Assembly (NCBI RefSeq): GCF_009914755.1
Contig: NC_060942.1
DNA from: the human T2T-CHM13v2.0 reference genome, Homo sapiens
Reading direction: 5' to 3' (one strand)
Length of the DNA: 64,000 nucleotides
Below, one piece after another: positions 61,454 to 64,000 of the stretch (position 1 is its first letter; every line of letters starts with the position of its first letter). The notes beneath the pieces were generated by a model, which did not search any database, was not told the origin of the DNA, and worked only from the letters and a program-made list of their open reading frames with translations. The translations under genes and the position numbers were made by a program.

Positions 61454-61733
61454 TGAGCCATGCAAAGCCAGCTTTGAGACAGTCTTGATAATAGCAGCAA
61501 GAAAGCTCCAGGGTGCTAGGCAGCATTGGAGGAACCTGAGGGATGGGGAAAGGTGGGGGCTGATTTTCCACGAGATACAGGCCCAGGCAAGACCTGAGAA
61601 TGAATCCTCGGCTTAGGTTCTTCAAAGGGACTGCGGGCAATTTGCCTACATGCTCTGGCCATGGCCAGGGGTTGCTGGGGCTCCTCCATCCGTGGAAACC
61701 TGGGATCCCCACTTAGGAGCCAGCAGGATAGTG

Positions 61734-63300
<1,567 letters not shown>

Positions 63301-64000
63301 TCTAAAATAGAAGAGGCCCAGAGCCTTTCCTTTAGGTTTTCACCAGCATGTCACATCAGGGATTCTATTAGACTTTCTCTCTGCCTTGTACCTTTGGAAA
63401 TGGGTTCATTTTTGGACAAAATAGGTTGAGGATAGAGGGGAAACGGTAGATGAATGGAAATTTCACTCCTGTCCCACCCTGCATGATTTCAATTCAGAAC
63501 AAGTCAGCCTGATCGCAGCTGCCCCATTTCTATCATCCTGCTTTTGCCCTTAATAGAGCGGGAAAGGTGGGAACTGTGCTGGGAGGCGCAGGAACTCTGC
63601 CATCCCCAATGTCCACTTGTCACCTCGTTCAGCATCTCAGAGGTTTGGCAGCATAGCAGCAAACTATGGGGTGGGTAAAAAGTATATCTTTTGTGAAATG
63701 GGAAAAGTGTGATTATGAAAGGGAGCAAGGAAAGGAGCCTGCAGGATGCTTCTGGCAGGTCAGTGTTACTAAGAGTCATATGGAAGTCAAGCTATGGAAA
63801 TTAACACCCTTAACCCTTTGTATGCCTGTTAGCCCCCGTCTCTTCGATTTTGAGGGCTTCTCACAACTCTAGATTGTGCTTCTCTTTTAAAAAGCTGTTC
63901 AAATTAATGTGAGTTATTAGATGTCAACTGGGCTCTTCTTAATAAAGATTCAAGGCAAATCAAATTGCTAGGTGAAGGAGCGGGTACCCTACCTAGCCAG

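Overview
Human (or very close great-ape) genomic DNA; from memory this is the chr18q21 RELCH-TNFRSF11A interval. The + strand carries the last two coding exons and 3' UTR of RELCH (KIAA1468), about 15-18 kb of repeat-rich spacer, the CpG-island promoter of TNFRSF11A (RANK), and RANK coding exons 1-4 (signal peptide and most cysteine-rich domains). The gene continues beyond the window. The rest is mostly Alu, L1, L2, MIR, CR1, LTR and DNA-transposon fossils, and nearly all ORF-track entries are spurious. I see no wholly new biological system. Best leads: (1) a sense THE1A LTR about 1.6 kb upstream of the RANK ATG, with an ATG and GTAAGT donor exactly in frame with exon 2, predicting a signal-peptide-less RANK isoform; (2) a Y3 RNA retrocopy fused to an Alu inside one target-site duplication (TSD) in intron 1; (3) a TAC (Tyr) codon 141 where I recall His; (4) inverted Alus around exons 2-4; (5) a PU.1/AP-1 motif cluster in intron 1; (6) a nested palindrome array. 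Repeat subfamily names come from recalled consensus sequences, and old-repeat boundaries are approximate.
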